DNA of 64,000 bases. Source: an uncultured Gammaproteobacteria bacterium. GTDB lineage: Bacteria > Pseudomonadota > Gammaproteobacteria > Pseudomonadales > JAHEGP01. Below the pieces are notes generated by a model. That model worked only from the letters and a program-made list of their open reading frames with translations, searched no databases and had not been told where the DNA came from. Numbering within the stretch: position 1 is the first letter of the stretch; every line of letters begins with the position of its first letter. Below, piece by piece: positions 56,720 through 64,000 of the stretch. The position numbers were made by a program, and so were the translations under genes. The stretch covers positions 114,493 through 178,492 of the forward strand of contig CAWEHR010000008.1 of the NCBI GenBank assembly GCA_963808975.1, written 5' to 3'.

Positions 56720-56784
56720 GTAGTTATAAACGGTAGTTATAAACGGTAGATATTAACGGTAGTTATTAACGGTAGTTATTGACG
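56720..56784. repeat. 13-bp AT-rich tandem repeat x5 (GTAGTTATAAACG-like)
   Basis: Read directly: gtagttataaacg (twice), gtagatattaacg, gtagttattaacg, gtagttattgacg. The last unit overlaps the stop codon of the minus-strand gene 56776-57162. Confidence 0.85.
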
Positions 56785-57162
56785 CAGCATCTCTGCGCAG
56801 ACCGGAGGCTGGGGTATGCCGATGGCCTCTGCCACAGTACAGGCGCCGACACCGGTTGCCGCGGTTAAGGCAAGGTAGCCGATTTCTTCCTGGGAGTCGG
56901 ATTCCGCGCGCGCCATCGCAGCGATGGTGAGTGAGCCCGCCATCATTTGCGGCGAGTTGTTGATCGCGATAACGATTGCGTCCTGAAGCGCAACGCCAAG
57001 GTTTTGCAGAACATCTATCACGTCCCCGGCCTCGGCACCGCGCGCCAATGCCTCTTTGACGGCAGTGGCGGGATCATTATCGGCGGCCGCCACCGGTTGG
57101 AAAACCAGCAACAGCAACAATAAAAGACACGACCCAGGCCCTGAAAAAACCCGTTTCAACAT
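56776..57162 (-). CDS. secreted hypothetical protein (128 aa)
   Basis: I trimmed the start to ATG 57162, which gives a signal peptide (SCLLLLLLLVFQPVAAA). The mature part is Ala-rich and helical with two Cys. I recognise no family. Confidence 0.55.
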   Translation of the reverse strand: MLKRVFSGPGSCLLLLLLLVFQPVAAADNDPATAVKEALARGAEAGDVIDVLQNLGVALQDAIVIAINNSPQMMAGSLTIAAMARAESDSQEEIGYLALTAATGVGACTVAEAIGIPQPPVCAEMLRQ

Positions 57163-57499
57163 GTATGGTCCGCTTGGTGTACCGATCGTTTGAGACTTAA
57201 GTCTAGTTTCTGGGTATTGGATGCGCAAGATGCCCTTTGGCATGAGACATCAGCCCGCAGCGATACGAACTCGAGTGTTCAGATCGGGCCAAAGCAGGCC
57301 AAATTGCTCACCGCGCGTATATTCTGGTGGGGCTTCACGATGGTATCCATTGGCGTGGCAAACGTGCCGTCGAGGCCCATCCCGTGCACGGAACGCCCAG
57401 GCCAGGGCCCAGCCGCCAGATGACACAGGCGCCCAAAGTTCGCACCGCTCGCCCAGGTCGGGTATAACGTGAGATGAATCAGCTTGCCGAGAGGATGTT

Positions 57500-57973
57500 A
57501 TGTGGTTTTTGTTCACTTTTGCCGTGGTGGCCCTGTTGTTCATGTTTCCTCGCCAGATGGTGAGGATACTCGCGGGCAGTGCAGCTGTGGCAGTGGCAAT
57601 TGGTGGTTACTTCTACTGGGAAAAGCGACAGTTGGACGAGCAAAGGGCGGCAGTATCGGTCGACGTACATTACGATAGTGAGCGTTGTGGTGAAACGGAA
57701 CCGCTGTTGGTAACCATCGTCAACAATTCAAGGCATGCGGTTACCCGTGTGGACTGGGTTTTCAGCGCCCGTCGCCCTGGCACGAGGGCCGAACTGACCG
57801 GCGGTTGGCTGCAACGCCACAGCAGCGACCAGGCGATAGCGCCTGGGCAAGAATATACCGCGTGTTACCCTGCGCCGCGCCCGGGTACCCACGCCACCAG
57901 GAATTCCGGCGCTGACCCCTCGCAACTGCAGTTGGGTATCCGATCGCGAACAATCACCTTCGCCGACGACTAG
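57500..57973 (+). CDS. membrane-anchored hypothetical protein (157 aa)
   Basis: GAGAGGA serves as the RBS. Two N-terminal hydrophobic helices are followed by a soluble domain. I recognise no family. Confidence 0.55.
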   Translation: MWFLFTFAVVALLFMFPRQMVRILAGSAAVAVAIGGYFYWEKRQLDEQRAAVSVDVHYDSERCGETEPLLVTIVNNSRHAVTRVDWVFSARRPGTRAELTGGWLQRHSSDQAIAPGQEYTACYPAPRPGTHATRNSGADPSQLQLGIRSRTITFADD

Positions 57974-58044
57974 ACATAATGCACCAGCACACGCCAACAT
58001 TGATCTGGCACTTGCAGAAAAAGGACCTCGCGAGTTTTTTCACC

Positions 58045-58365
58045 CGGGTACAAAATGCCACCACTGCTGTTTGCCTGGATACCACTTGATCTCGCCTCGA
58101 TTTTGCGCACATGCTCACTGCGACGTAGCTATGGCTACGTTAACGCTCGCGGGCACGCAACAGCAACGCGATAGCTGCGCGCTATCTCAGGCAGCTGGTG
58201 CAATATCCGGACTAACCGCCGGTCGATCGTCGAAAAAATTGGGACGGGTGGAAATAATCGCTGTTTGGTGAAACTTTTCCCTGCCGCCGTGGACTAACTA
58301 ACACCCCTTATATCTGGAACCTATATTTCAGATAACCTGGCCCGGTCATAGACCGGGTTTTTTTT
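58045..58365 (+). ncRNA. candidate small RNA ending at an orphan intrinsic terminator (5' end undefined)
   Basis: There is no convincing ORF between 57974 and 58394. Several perfect hairpins are present (58123-58140, 58170-58186, 58311-58334), followed by a strong terminator. The next gene is on the opposite strand. I found no promoter. Confidence 0.25.
58341..58365 (+). terminator. Rho-independent terminator (plus-strand only)
   Basis: Stem cccggtc, loop ata, stem gaccggg (a 7-bp GC-rich stem), then T8 (58358-58365). There is no A-tract on the other side, so it is unidirectional. Confidence 0.8.
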
Positions 58366-58394
58366 ATTTTTGGGGGAGCGACAGCGCCAGCCTG

Positions 58395-59267
58395 TCACTC
58401 CAGGCCCTCGATAAATGCGCGATAGTGCTTACATACCGCTTCCGGTGCCTCGAGCTGTGGCCAGTGGCCGATGGCCGGCAATTCCGCCAGGTAATCCAGA
58501 CGACATTTCAGCTGCTGGTAGCGCGCCACCATGTGGGCACCGCTCACCGGGTCTGCTGAACCGTTGATCAGCGCTATTGGCACGCGACTTTGCTGCAGCG
58601 CCGCTACCCAGCGCTCGCGATGCTCGATGCGGTCGCGCATATAAGTGATAAGCCGGTAGAGCAGTTTGTTGCCGTCGTTGTGGCATACCAATTGCCAGAA
58701 TTGATCGAGGGTGTGGGCATCGGGCCTGGTTTCGGGGCCAAAGACACGCGCTACGCTTCGATTGAAACTGCCCTGGCCGGAAAGACGGCAAAGCCATTTA
58801 CCCAGGGGACTCAGCAGCAGCTTTTGCACCGGCAGCGCCCGGTGAGTTTCCGGAAAGAGTCCCCCGTTGAGGAAGCACATGGACAGGCAGGTGCCGGCCC
58901 CGTCGCCACTATTCTGGCGCGCCAGCAACTCCTGTGCCACGGTATCCCCGTAGTCGTGGGCCAGAACATGGTATTTCTCCAGGCCCGCGTGGCTGACCAG
59001 GGCCTCGATAATATCGGCCTGCTCGCGAATGTTGTATTGGTGATCGACCGGTTTGGCGGAAAAACCGAAGCCCAGCATATCGCAGCTGACCAGGCGAAAA
59101 GCGCCGGCAAGTTCAGGCCAGATGTTTTCGAAGTCCCAGCAGGCGGTGGGGTAGCCGTGTATCAACAGCAACGCTGCCTTGCCATTATCGGGCTCTACCC
59201 GGGTAAAAATCTCGAACCCCACTAGCACCTGCGTGGTGCCCAGCGCCCGCCACTGCTGAATGTCCAT
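58395..59267 (-). CDS. alpha/beta-fold hydrolase
   Basis: 290 aa. It has the HG oxyanion motif (LLIHGYP), a nucleophile elbow region (LAHDYGD) and a C-terminal His (IGHWPQLE). Confidence 0.85.
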   Translation of the reverse strand: MDIQQWRALGTTQVLVGFEIFTRVEPDNGKAALLLIHGYPTACWDFENIWPELAGAFRLVSCDMLGFGFSAKPVDHQYNIREQADIIEALVSHAGLEKYHVLAHDYGDTVAQELLARQNSGDGAGTCLSMCFLNGGLFPETHRALPVQKLLLSPLGKWLCRLSGQGSFNRSVARVFGPETRPDAHTLDQFWQLVCHNDGNKLLYRLITYMRDRIEHRERWVAALQQSRVPIALINGSADPVSGAHMVARYQQLKCRLDYLAELPAIGHWPQLEAPEAVCKHYRAFIEGLE

Positions 59268-59428
59268 GTCGTAGGCTCCTATCCCGGGTTAGCTGTGCTC
59301 ACCAATCGTCATGCAGGCTCTTTGTCCAGGCCACCATAACCCATTGATGCGGCGCACGGTACGGTATTGTCGACGCGCTGTGCAGGGGTGTTACACTGTC
59401 CCGCCACATCCCGCGATGAGGTCTCAGC

Positions 59429-60106
59429 ATGACGATCACCCTTGCCTTCGACATCTACGGTACCTTGATAGATACCCAGGGAGTAAAAGCCAAGCTGCGG
59501 GATTTTCTCGGCGATGAGGCCAGCAGCTTTTCCAGCGCCTGGCGCGACAAGCAGTTGGAGTACGCCTTCCGGCGAGGGTTGATGCAGCAGTACGCGGATT
59601 TTTCCGTATGCACCGCCCAGGCTCTGGATTATACCTGCGCCAGCCTAGGCGTGGCGCTGGCGCCCGACCAGAAACGCGAGCTGTTGCAGGCCTACACCGT
59701 GCTCCCCGCATTCCCCGATGTCAAGCCGGCCCTGGCGCGACTCAGCCACCTCGGCTACCAGCGGGTGGCTTTCTCCAACGGTACCGCAGAGGCCGTCGAA
59801 CTGTTGCTGGCCAGCGCAGGGCTGCGCCAGTTCTTCGATGCGGTCGTCAGTGTCGATGAGATCGGGACTTTCAAACCGGCACCTGCCGTATACACCCACC
59901 TGCTGAGACGCTGTAATGCCGAGGCCGCCACTACCTGGCTGGTATCCAGTAACCCATTTGACGTGATCGGAGCGGTATCGGCCGGCCTGCAGGCAGCCTG
60001 GGTCCGGCGTTCGGTCGATGCGGTGTTCGATCCCTGGGGGATCGAGCCGACCGGTGTTGTCGATGAGCTTGGCGACCTGCACGCGCTGATTGGAGGAGCG
60101 CCATAG
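59429..60106 (+). CDS. haloacid dehalogenase, type II (HAD superfamily)
   Basis: 225 aa. HAD motif I is FDIYGTL. The cap and core motifs (SNG, KP....Y, SSNPFD) are typical of type II L-2-haloacid dehalogenases. Confidence 0.85.
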   Translation: MTITLAFDIYGTLIDTQGVKAKLRDFLGDEASSFSSAWRDKQLEYAFRRGLMQQYADFSVCTAQALDYTCASLGVALAPDQKRELLQAYTVLPAFPDVKPALARLSHLGYQRVAFSNGTAEAVELLLASAGLRQFFDAVVSVDEIGTFKPAPAVYTHLLRRCNAEAATTWLVSSNPFDVIGAVSAGLQAAWVRRSVDAVFDPWGIEPTGVVDELGDLHALIGGAP

Positions 60107-60221
60107 CCCGGCGGGTAGGTTGCGGTCCCTGTCGATCCATGCCCCGGGCTTGCCGGCAACATCACTGAATACGTTCTCCGTCGCGCTCACCCCAGCGGTA
60201 TCGCCTGTCTGACGTTACACG

Positions 60222-60785
60222 TTACCAGGGCCAGACCTCGATCAGGGCCAGCAACAGGCTGCTGAGGATCAGCGGTACGATGTATAACACCGAGAGAAAG
60301 CCGAGCACCAATATCAGCGGGCTCATCAGGGAGCCAGCGCGCAGGTAGGAGCCGGCCAGCGCCCGTGCTTCTCCCACCATTGACCCAATATTCAACAGGC
60401 TCTTGGCCGTGGTCATCAAACCCATTTTTTTACGCTCGCCCGAGCGGATCTGCATGGCGCGCTCACGAAATTCGGTGTTTGCCCCCTGCATCATTTCCGC
60501 GATGGTTTCCGGAAGTTGCCTGAGCTCGTCCAGGCTCCACCAGAAATAGGTCAATACCAGCAAGGGAAGGCTCGCAACAACACAGACCAGGGCAGCCACC
60601 GCCAGCGAAAAATCGTTCAGGTAAAACATCCAGGTGAATATCCAGCCGACCAATGCAAAGCCCAGGAGCGCGGTAAAGCGCACACCGAAGAGCAGGCCAT
60701 CAACGATGGGCAGCATTCGGTCGAACAGGCGTAGCAGGGCGTTCTTTCTGCCTTGCAGTTCAGGCGGGGTAGGCTGGTCTGTCAC
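60222..60785 (-). CDS. integral membrane protein, function unknown (187 aa, about 4 TM)
   Basis: It has two hydrophobic helix pairs flanking an amphipathic loop (LDELRQLPETIAEMMQGANTEFRERAMQIRSGERKK). I recognise no family. Confidence 0.6.
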   Translation of the reverse strand: MTDQPTPPELQGRKNALLRLFDRMLPIVDGLLFGVRFTALLGFALVGWIFTWMFYLNDFSLAVAALVCVVASLPLLVLTYFWWSLDELRQLPETIAEMMQGANTEFRERAMQIRSGERKKMGLMTTAKSLLNIGSMVGEARALAGSYLRAGSLMSPLILVLGFLSVLYIVPLILSSLLLALIEVWPW

Positions 60786-60806
60786 TGTGGAGGTCCGGTG
60801 CCGGGA

Positions 60807-61104
60807 TCAAGGAGCGGATTTCTCGATTTTTTCGATTGATTCTTCCAGTTCGTTCGGAGTTTCGCCGCGGATTCTTGCCGCTTCAGCCTCCAGTGCCGCG
60901 GGATCGTCGGCTTCCAAACCACTGTTCAGGCGTTCGTGCTCAGCGCCGACGTTACCGCCCAAAGTATCACAAGTACTGCCGACGGGGCAGGGCTGGCCAG
61001 CCGGCGCAGCCGGTGGGCGTGGTTGCGTACCGGGCGCTGCCACAGGCTGTCAAGAGTGTCGCCAGGGTTGCCGTTAGAAGGTAATTGGCGCTGACCAAAC
61101 GCAT
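60807..61104 (-). CDS. small lipoprotein candidate whose signal peptide and mature part lie in different frames
   Basis: Frame A from ATG 61104 encodes MRLVSANYLLTATLATLLTAC (lipobox LTAC) and stops at 60967. Frame B (61043-60807) has no signal peptide and no ATG start. It encodes a Pro/Ala linker plus an acidic helix (..EAEAARIRGETPNELEESIEKIEK). Confidence 0.35.
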
Positions 61105-61226
61105 AAGATCTATCCAGTTGTCTGCAAACAAGGCGCTACTATAACGGATTCGACAGGGCCGGTCTAAGAGTTCCGCGCTATAAAACGGTTGAATCAACCG
61201 CCAGCCGATTGTCGCTGCCTGGTCGA

Positions 61227-62528
61227 CTAGCCGCGAACCGCAGTGGGTGATTTCCCGGCCAATTCCGGTGCCTTTTGCGGTAACTTGAACTGCAGGTAGT
61301 ACCAGGCGGGGATCAGGGCCAATAGGCCCAGGGTTGCCGCCAGCAGGAAGTGCTGTGAGTAGCCCACCGTGCTGGCAACCCAGCCCGAGGCGGCGCCGAT
61401 AAATCCCGCTAGCAATACCTGGAAACATGCCTGGATGCTATAGTCGGCACCCTCGTGGTTGGGGCGGCACTGCTCCATCATCAGTGCGAACAGTACCACC
61501 GTCGACATGCCGTCGACGACCTGCTCGAACACGGATACGGTGTACAGCGTGAACAGGTCGGTGTGCCCCTGCGCGACCAGGGCAAAGGCACCGATGCCGA
61601 TGGCTTGCAACAGGCCGAACCCGAGCAGGGTCACCTTCGCGCCCCAGCGGTAGTACAGGTAGCCTCCCAGCACTGCAGCCACCATGCCCGCAATGGAGGC
61701 AGCCAGCGTGACGGTGCCAATTGCCGACAGTGAAAAGCCGGCATCGACCAGCATTGGCTTTACCATGCCAGAGCCAAATGCATCACCGGATTTGTAGGTC
61801 AGGATTACCAGCAGCCAACTCGTCATCCCGGGCTGCCGGAAGAAATCACGATAGCTGCGCCACAGGGTGTCGAAGCCGACAGCGTTGGCGTTGGCGAGGG
61901 ATTGCGGATCCCCCGCAGGCCGCTCATTGCTGTGGGGGGACTCGCGCAACAGGATTGTTGGCAGGGTAAGTAGCGCCATGATGATCGCCAGCGCAATGAA
62001 GCTTGTCGACCAGCCGTAGTGGTCGATGGAGAGCAATAACAGGCTGCCTCCCACGATCAGGCCCAGTTTGTACCCCGATACCTGAATGCTGTTACCCAGG
62101 CCCCGCCAACGGCTGGGCAGCAGCTTCACCGCTAGGCCATCGGTGGCAATATCCTGGGTGGCGGAGCTGAAATTCAGCAGCAACAACATCAGGAAAAAGA
62201 TCGGCAGGTAGCCGCTGAATATGGTCTGCGGGCTCAACAGGCTCATTGCCAGCAGCATGAAAATCACCAGGGATTGCATCGGTAAAATCCAGCTGCGATG
62301 GGGCCCGGTGCGGCGGAAATGATAGCGATCGACATAAGGTGCCCAGACGAACTTGAACATCCAGGGCAGTGCCAGCAATTTCAAATAGCCAATATATTGG
62401 AGCGGCACCTGGTGCTCTCGCAGCAGGGCCGGCAGGGCGTGGGCCAGCAGTCCCGACGGCAAGCCCTGGGAAAAGTACAGGCTGCTCAGCAGGACGATTG
62501 TAAAGTTGGAGGGCCGCTTGTTGGACAT
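61227..62528 (-). CDS. ampG: MFS transporter, AmpG (muropeptide permease) family
   Basis: 433 aa with an AmpG-like N-terminus (LYFSQGLPSGLL...LLALPWMFKFVWAPYVDRY) and 12 or more TM helices. Confidence 0.75.
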   Translation of the reverse strand: MSNKRPSNFTIVLLSSLYFSQGLPSGLLAHALPALLREHQVPLQYIGYLKLLALPWMFKFVWAPYVDRYHFRRTGPHRSWILPMQSLVIFMLLAMSLLSPQTIFSGYLPIFFLMLLLLNFSSATQDIATDGLAVKLLPSRWRGLGNSIQVSGYKLGLIVGGSLLLLSIDHYGWSTSFIALAIIMALLTLPTILLRESPHSNERPAGDPQSLANANAVGFDTLWRSYRDFFRQPGMTSWLLVILTYKSGDAFGSGMVKPMLVDAGFSLSAIGTVTLAASIAGMVAAVLGGYLYYRWGAKVTLLGFGLLQAIGIGAFALVAQGHTDLFTLYTVSVFEQVVDGMSTVVLFALMMEQCRPNHEGADYSIQACFQVLLAGFIGAASGWVASTVGYSQHFLLAATLGLLALIPAWYYLQFKLPQKAPELAGKSPTAVRG

Positions 62529-62640
62529 CGCTTGTCAGCTCTTCATGGTAGGTAGGAAAGGTACGGGGCACAGCCGGGCGCGCCGCCCGCTCGCATAGCT
62601 GGTGCTGGAATCACCCCAGTGGGCGTTCCCTGCGCGAGCT

Positions 62641-64000
62641 TCAAAAGCTGAAAGACACCCTGGCCTGAATGATGTTGAAGCGACCTTCAGCGCTGCTGCC
62701 TGCCGCATCACCGATCGTGTCGACGTGCCCGGTAACATAGTTGAACATTACCCGGATATTATCCTCCGGGTACCAGGTTGCGCCGAGGGTAATGTCCTCC
62801 TGCAGGCCACCTGTATTATCTGCATCCTGGAGGTCGACTGCCGAGAATCGTACCCCCAACTCCAGCGCGCCGCCGGGTTCATCACCCCAGTGATAGGGTC
62901 GACCCGGTATCAGCTTGCCAAAGGTGCCGGATGACGGATTGTAGGGGCGGGATTCGCCGGTAACGAAATAACTCAATTGCAGGTACCGCGCGGAGTAGGT
63001 TCTCTCGCCATTAGCGGTTCTCACGAAATTGCGGGTGTACTCGCCCTGTAGCAGCCAGGCGCCGTCCTTCCAGGCTCCCTCGATATTGAAGGTGGATGCG
63101 CTGTCCGCCTCGAAGTCTCCTGTGTCGACGTATTCAACATCGTACAGGCGGCTTTCGGGGGCGCTGGCAAAGCGCGTGGTCTCGCCGTAGATGCGATTCG
63201 CCATACCGATTCCCACGTGCATCAGCTTGTCGCTCGAAAGATAATAAGGGAGTGCGGTTATTCGCAGGGTAGCATCACCACCAGCGGAAGTATCGAATTC
63301 CAGGTCGCCCCAGTCAGCTGAGCGATAGAATATCCCACCAGCCCAGGTGACTCGTTGCTCAAACGCCGAATCGTAAGCCATTACCCCGAAGCTGCGACCG
63401 GGCGTCAGCGCCGTGAGAAGGGAGCGCTCCATAAAGGTGTTGAATTTGGAACTCGTCAGGTTCTCCATCGAAAAAGGTTGCTTGCCCTTGCCGAAACGAA
63501 CATTCGAAAACAGGGGCACATCCTGTAACACGACGTAGGCGTCTTTGAACCCGGGGTTGATTGACCCCATCTCCAATTGCACCTTGAAAAACATGTGCGG
63601 CCCAAAACTTCCAGCCAGTTGCAAGCGCACGTTGCGGGCGATGGTTTCCCATTCATTGGCGCCGGAAAAGAGGCTATCCAGCTCAGTCTGCTGCCAGCCA
63701 CCGCCGGTGTCGATGGCGATGTTGCCCCCGAGTTTCATGCGGAGCAGGCCCCATTTACCAACGTAGCGTAATCCATCCGGGCCCCACTCCTCCTGTTCGA
63801 CAACCCAGTCTTCCTTCCAGGGTTTGATCCAGCGATCCTCCCACCACACGGCGTCTTCAGCGGGCGGCTCGCCGGTTGGCGCTGACACGCTTTTCCCTGC
63901 ATCGAAGGGCGGAGCAGGGGCGGCAACGGCAGGCTCAGTCCTGCTTGGGGGAGCTCCTGTGGCCGTCGTCTCAGGGGGAGCATCACTGTCTTGTATAACC
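62641..64000 (-). CDS. OprO/OprP-family (phosphate-selective type) porin, 5'-partial at window edge
   Basis: It has the Porin_O_P-like core (FKDAYVVL...RFGKGKQPFSMENLTSSKFNTFMERS) and the barrel terminus ...RVSFSF. The frame stays open upstream of the listed GTG (63888) to nt 64000, through a Pro/Ala-rich segment. Confidence 0.8.
   Translation of the reverse strand, partial: VIQDSDAPPETTATGAPPSRTEPAVAAPAPPFDAGKSVSAPTGEPPAEDAVWWEDRWIKPWKEDWVVEQEEWGPDGLRYVGKWGLLRMKLGGNIAIDTGGGWQQTELDSLFSGANEWETIARNVRLQLAGSFGPHMFFKVQLEMGSINPGFKDAYVVLQDVPLFSNVRFGKGKQPFSMENLTSSKFNTFMERSLLTALTPGRSFGVMAYDSAFEQRVTWAGGIFYRSADWGDLEFDTSAGGDATLRITALPYYLSSDKLMHVGIGMANRIYGETTRFASAPESRLYDVEYVDTGDFEADSASTFNIEGAWKDGAWLLQGEYTRNFVRTANGERTYSARYLQLSYFVTGESRPYNPSSGTFGKLIPGRPYHWGDEPGGALELGVRFSAVDLQDADNTGGLQEDITLGATWYPEDNIRVMFNYVTGHVDTIGDAAGSSAEGRFNIIQARVSFSF

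Noticed and set aside
56720-56784. 13-bp AT-rich repeats considered as DnaA boxes or plasmid-type iterons.
   Set aside because: TTATAAACG mismatches the TTATNCACA DnaA box at key positions. The unit is shorter than typical iterons, and no rep, par or oriV-associated genes are nearby.
58006-58016. Sigma54-like TGGCAC...TTGCA sequences at 58006-58016 and TGGCAC at 54786-54791 upstream of PiT.
   Set aside because: At 58006 the GG and GC elements are only 7 nt apart instead of the required 12 or so. At 54786 there is no TGC element at the -12 position.
58071-58271. A 66-codon ORF (TTG start) inside the orphan-terminator region.
   Set aside because: It has no Shine-Dalgarno sequence and a non-ATG start. 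Its composition is unremarkable, and it ends about 70 nt before the terminator.
58023-58318. The candidate sRNA considered as a CsrB/RsmY/RsmZ-type CsrA sponge, because of GGA motifs.
   Set aside because: There are only about 7 GGA triplets in about 300 nt, roughly what base composition predicts. Most are not in hairpin loops, and no GacA-type upstream palindrome (TGTAAG...CTTACA) is present.
1-64000. Search for rRNA, tRNA, tmRNA, RNase P, SRP or 6S RNA genes, recognisable riboswitches, IS elements and prophage genes.
   Set aside because: Nothing resembling their conserved cores was seen by eye in the intergenic regions. This is a manual inspection only; an Infernal/tRNAscan run would be needed to be sure.

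Overview
This is a gene-dense, moderately GC-rich 64-kb chromosomal segment. Its gene content and CTGT-N8-ACAG SOS boxes read like core genome of an aerobic, probably marine, gammaproteobacterium. A Cellvibrionales/Microbulbifer-like origin is only a guess. I support about 55 protein genes. I saw no rRNA or tRNA genes, no CRISPR array, and no transposase, integrase or phage genes.

Main blocks, in order:
- Thiolase and class I PHA synthase, convergent with pyruvate,phosphate dikinase.
- A secreted tandem-repeat protein and a glycine-zipper lipoprotein.
- An amidase, then TamB and TamA.
- A decayed SDR gene.
- A cation/proton antiporter divergent from recA-recX, with a perfect LexA box between them.
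- A translationally coupled periplasmic heme operon (diheme cytochrome c, MauG/CCP-like diheme peroxidase, and a parallel beta-helix protein fused to cytochrome c), followed by a DUF3365-like heme protein.
- A glycosyltransferase, a CBS protein, and hsp20 with a sigma32-type promoter.
- Patatin, an Atm1-like ABC exporter, an MBL hydrolase, plsC-like and riboflavin synthase genes, an orphan ParA, and mtnA.
- A divergent glycogen cluster: glgP-like, glgA and glgB on one strand; glgC, GH57 and malQ on the other.
- PilZ, then imuB-imuA with a perfect LexA box but no adjacent dnaE2.
- aidB, cupin and a phosphatase-like gene.
- DUF4332, a crotonase, PiT-DUF47, hypothetical proteins, an alpha/beta hydrolase, a haloacid dehalogenase, AmpG-like MFS, and a 5'-partial OprO/P-type porin.

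I found no convincing defence island or mobile element. The best candidate for an uncharacterised system is the heme/beta-helix operon at 19.6-23.0 kb. Secondary leads are an orphan intrinsic terminator closing about 390 nt with no convincing ORF (candidate sRNA), the split imuAB cassette, a lipoprotein whose signal peptide and mature part lie in different frames, two short intergenic tandem repeats, and a near-perfect 24-bp coding repeat.

All calls rest on reading the ORF translations and the DNA by eye. No searches or computations were run. Start codons were trimmed using RBS and homology logic and may be off.
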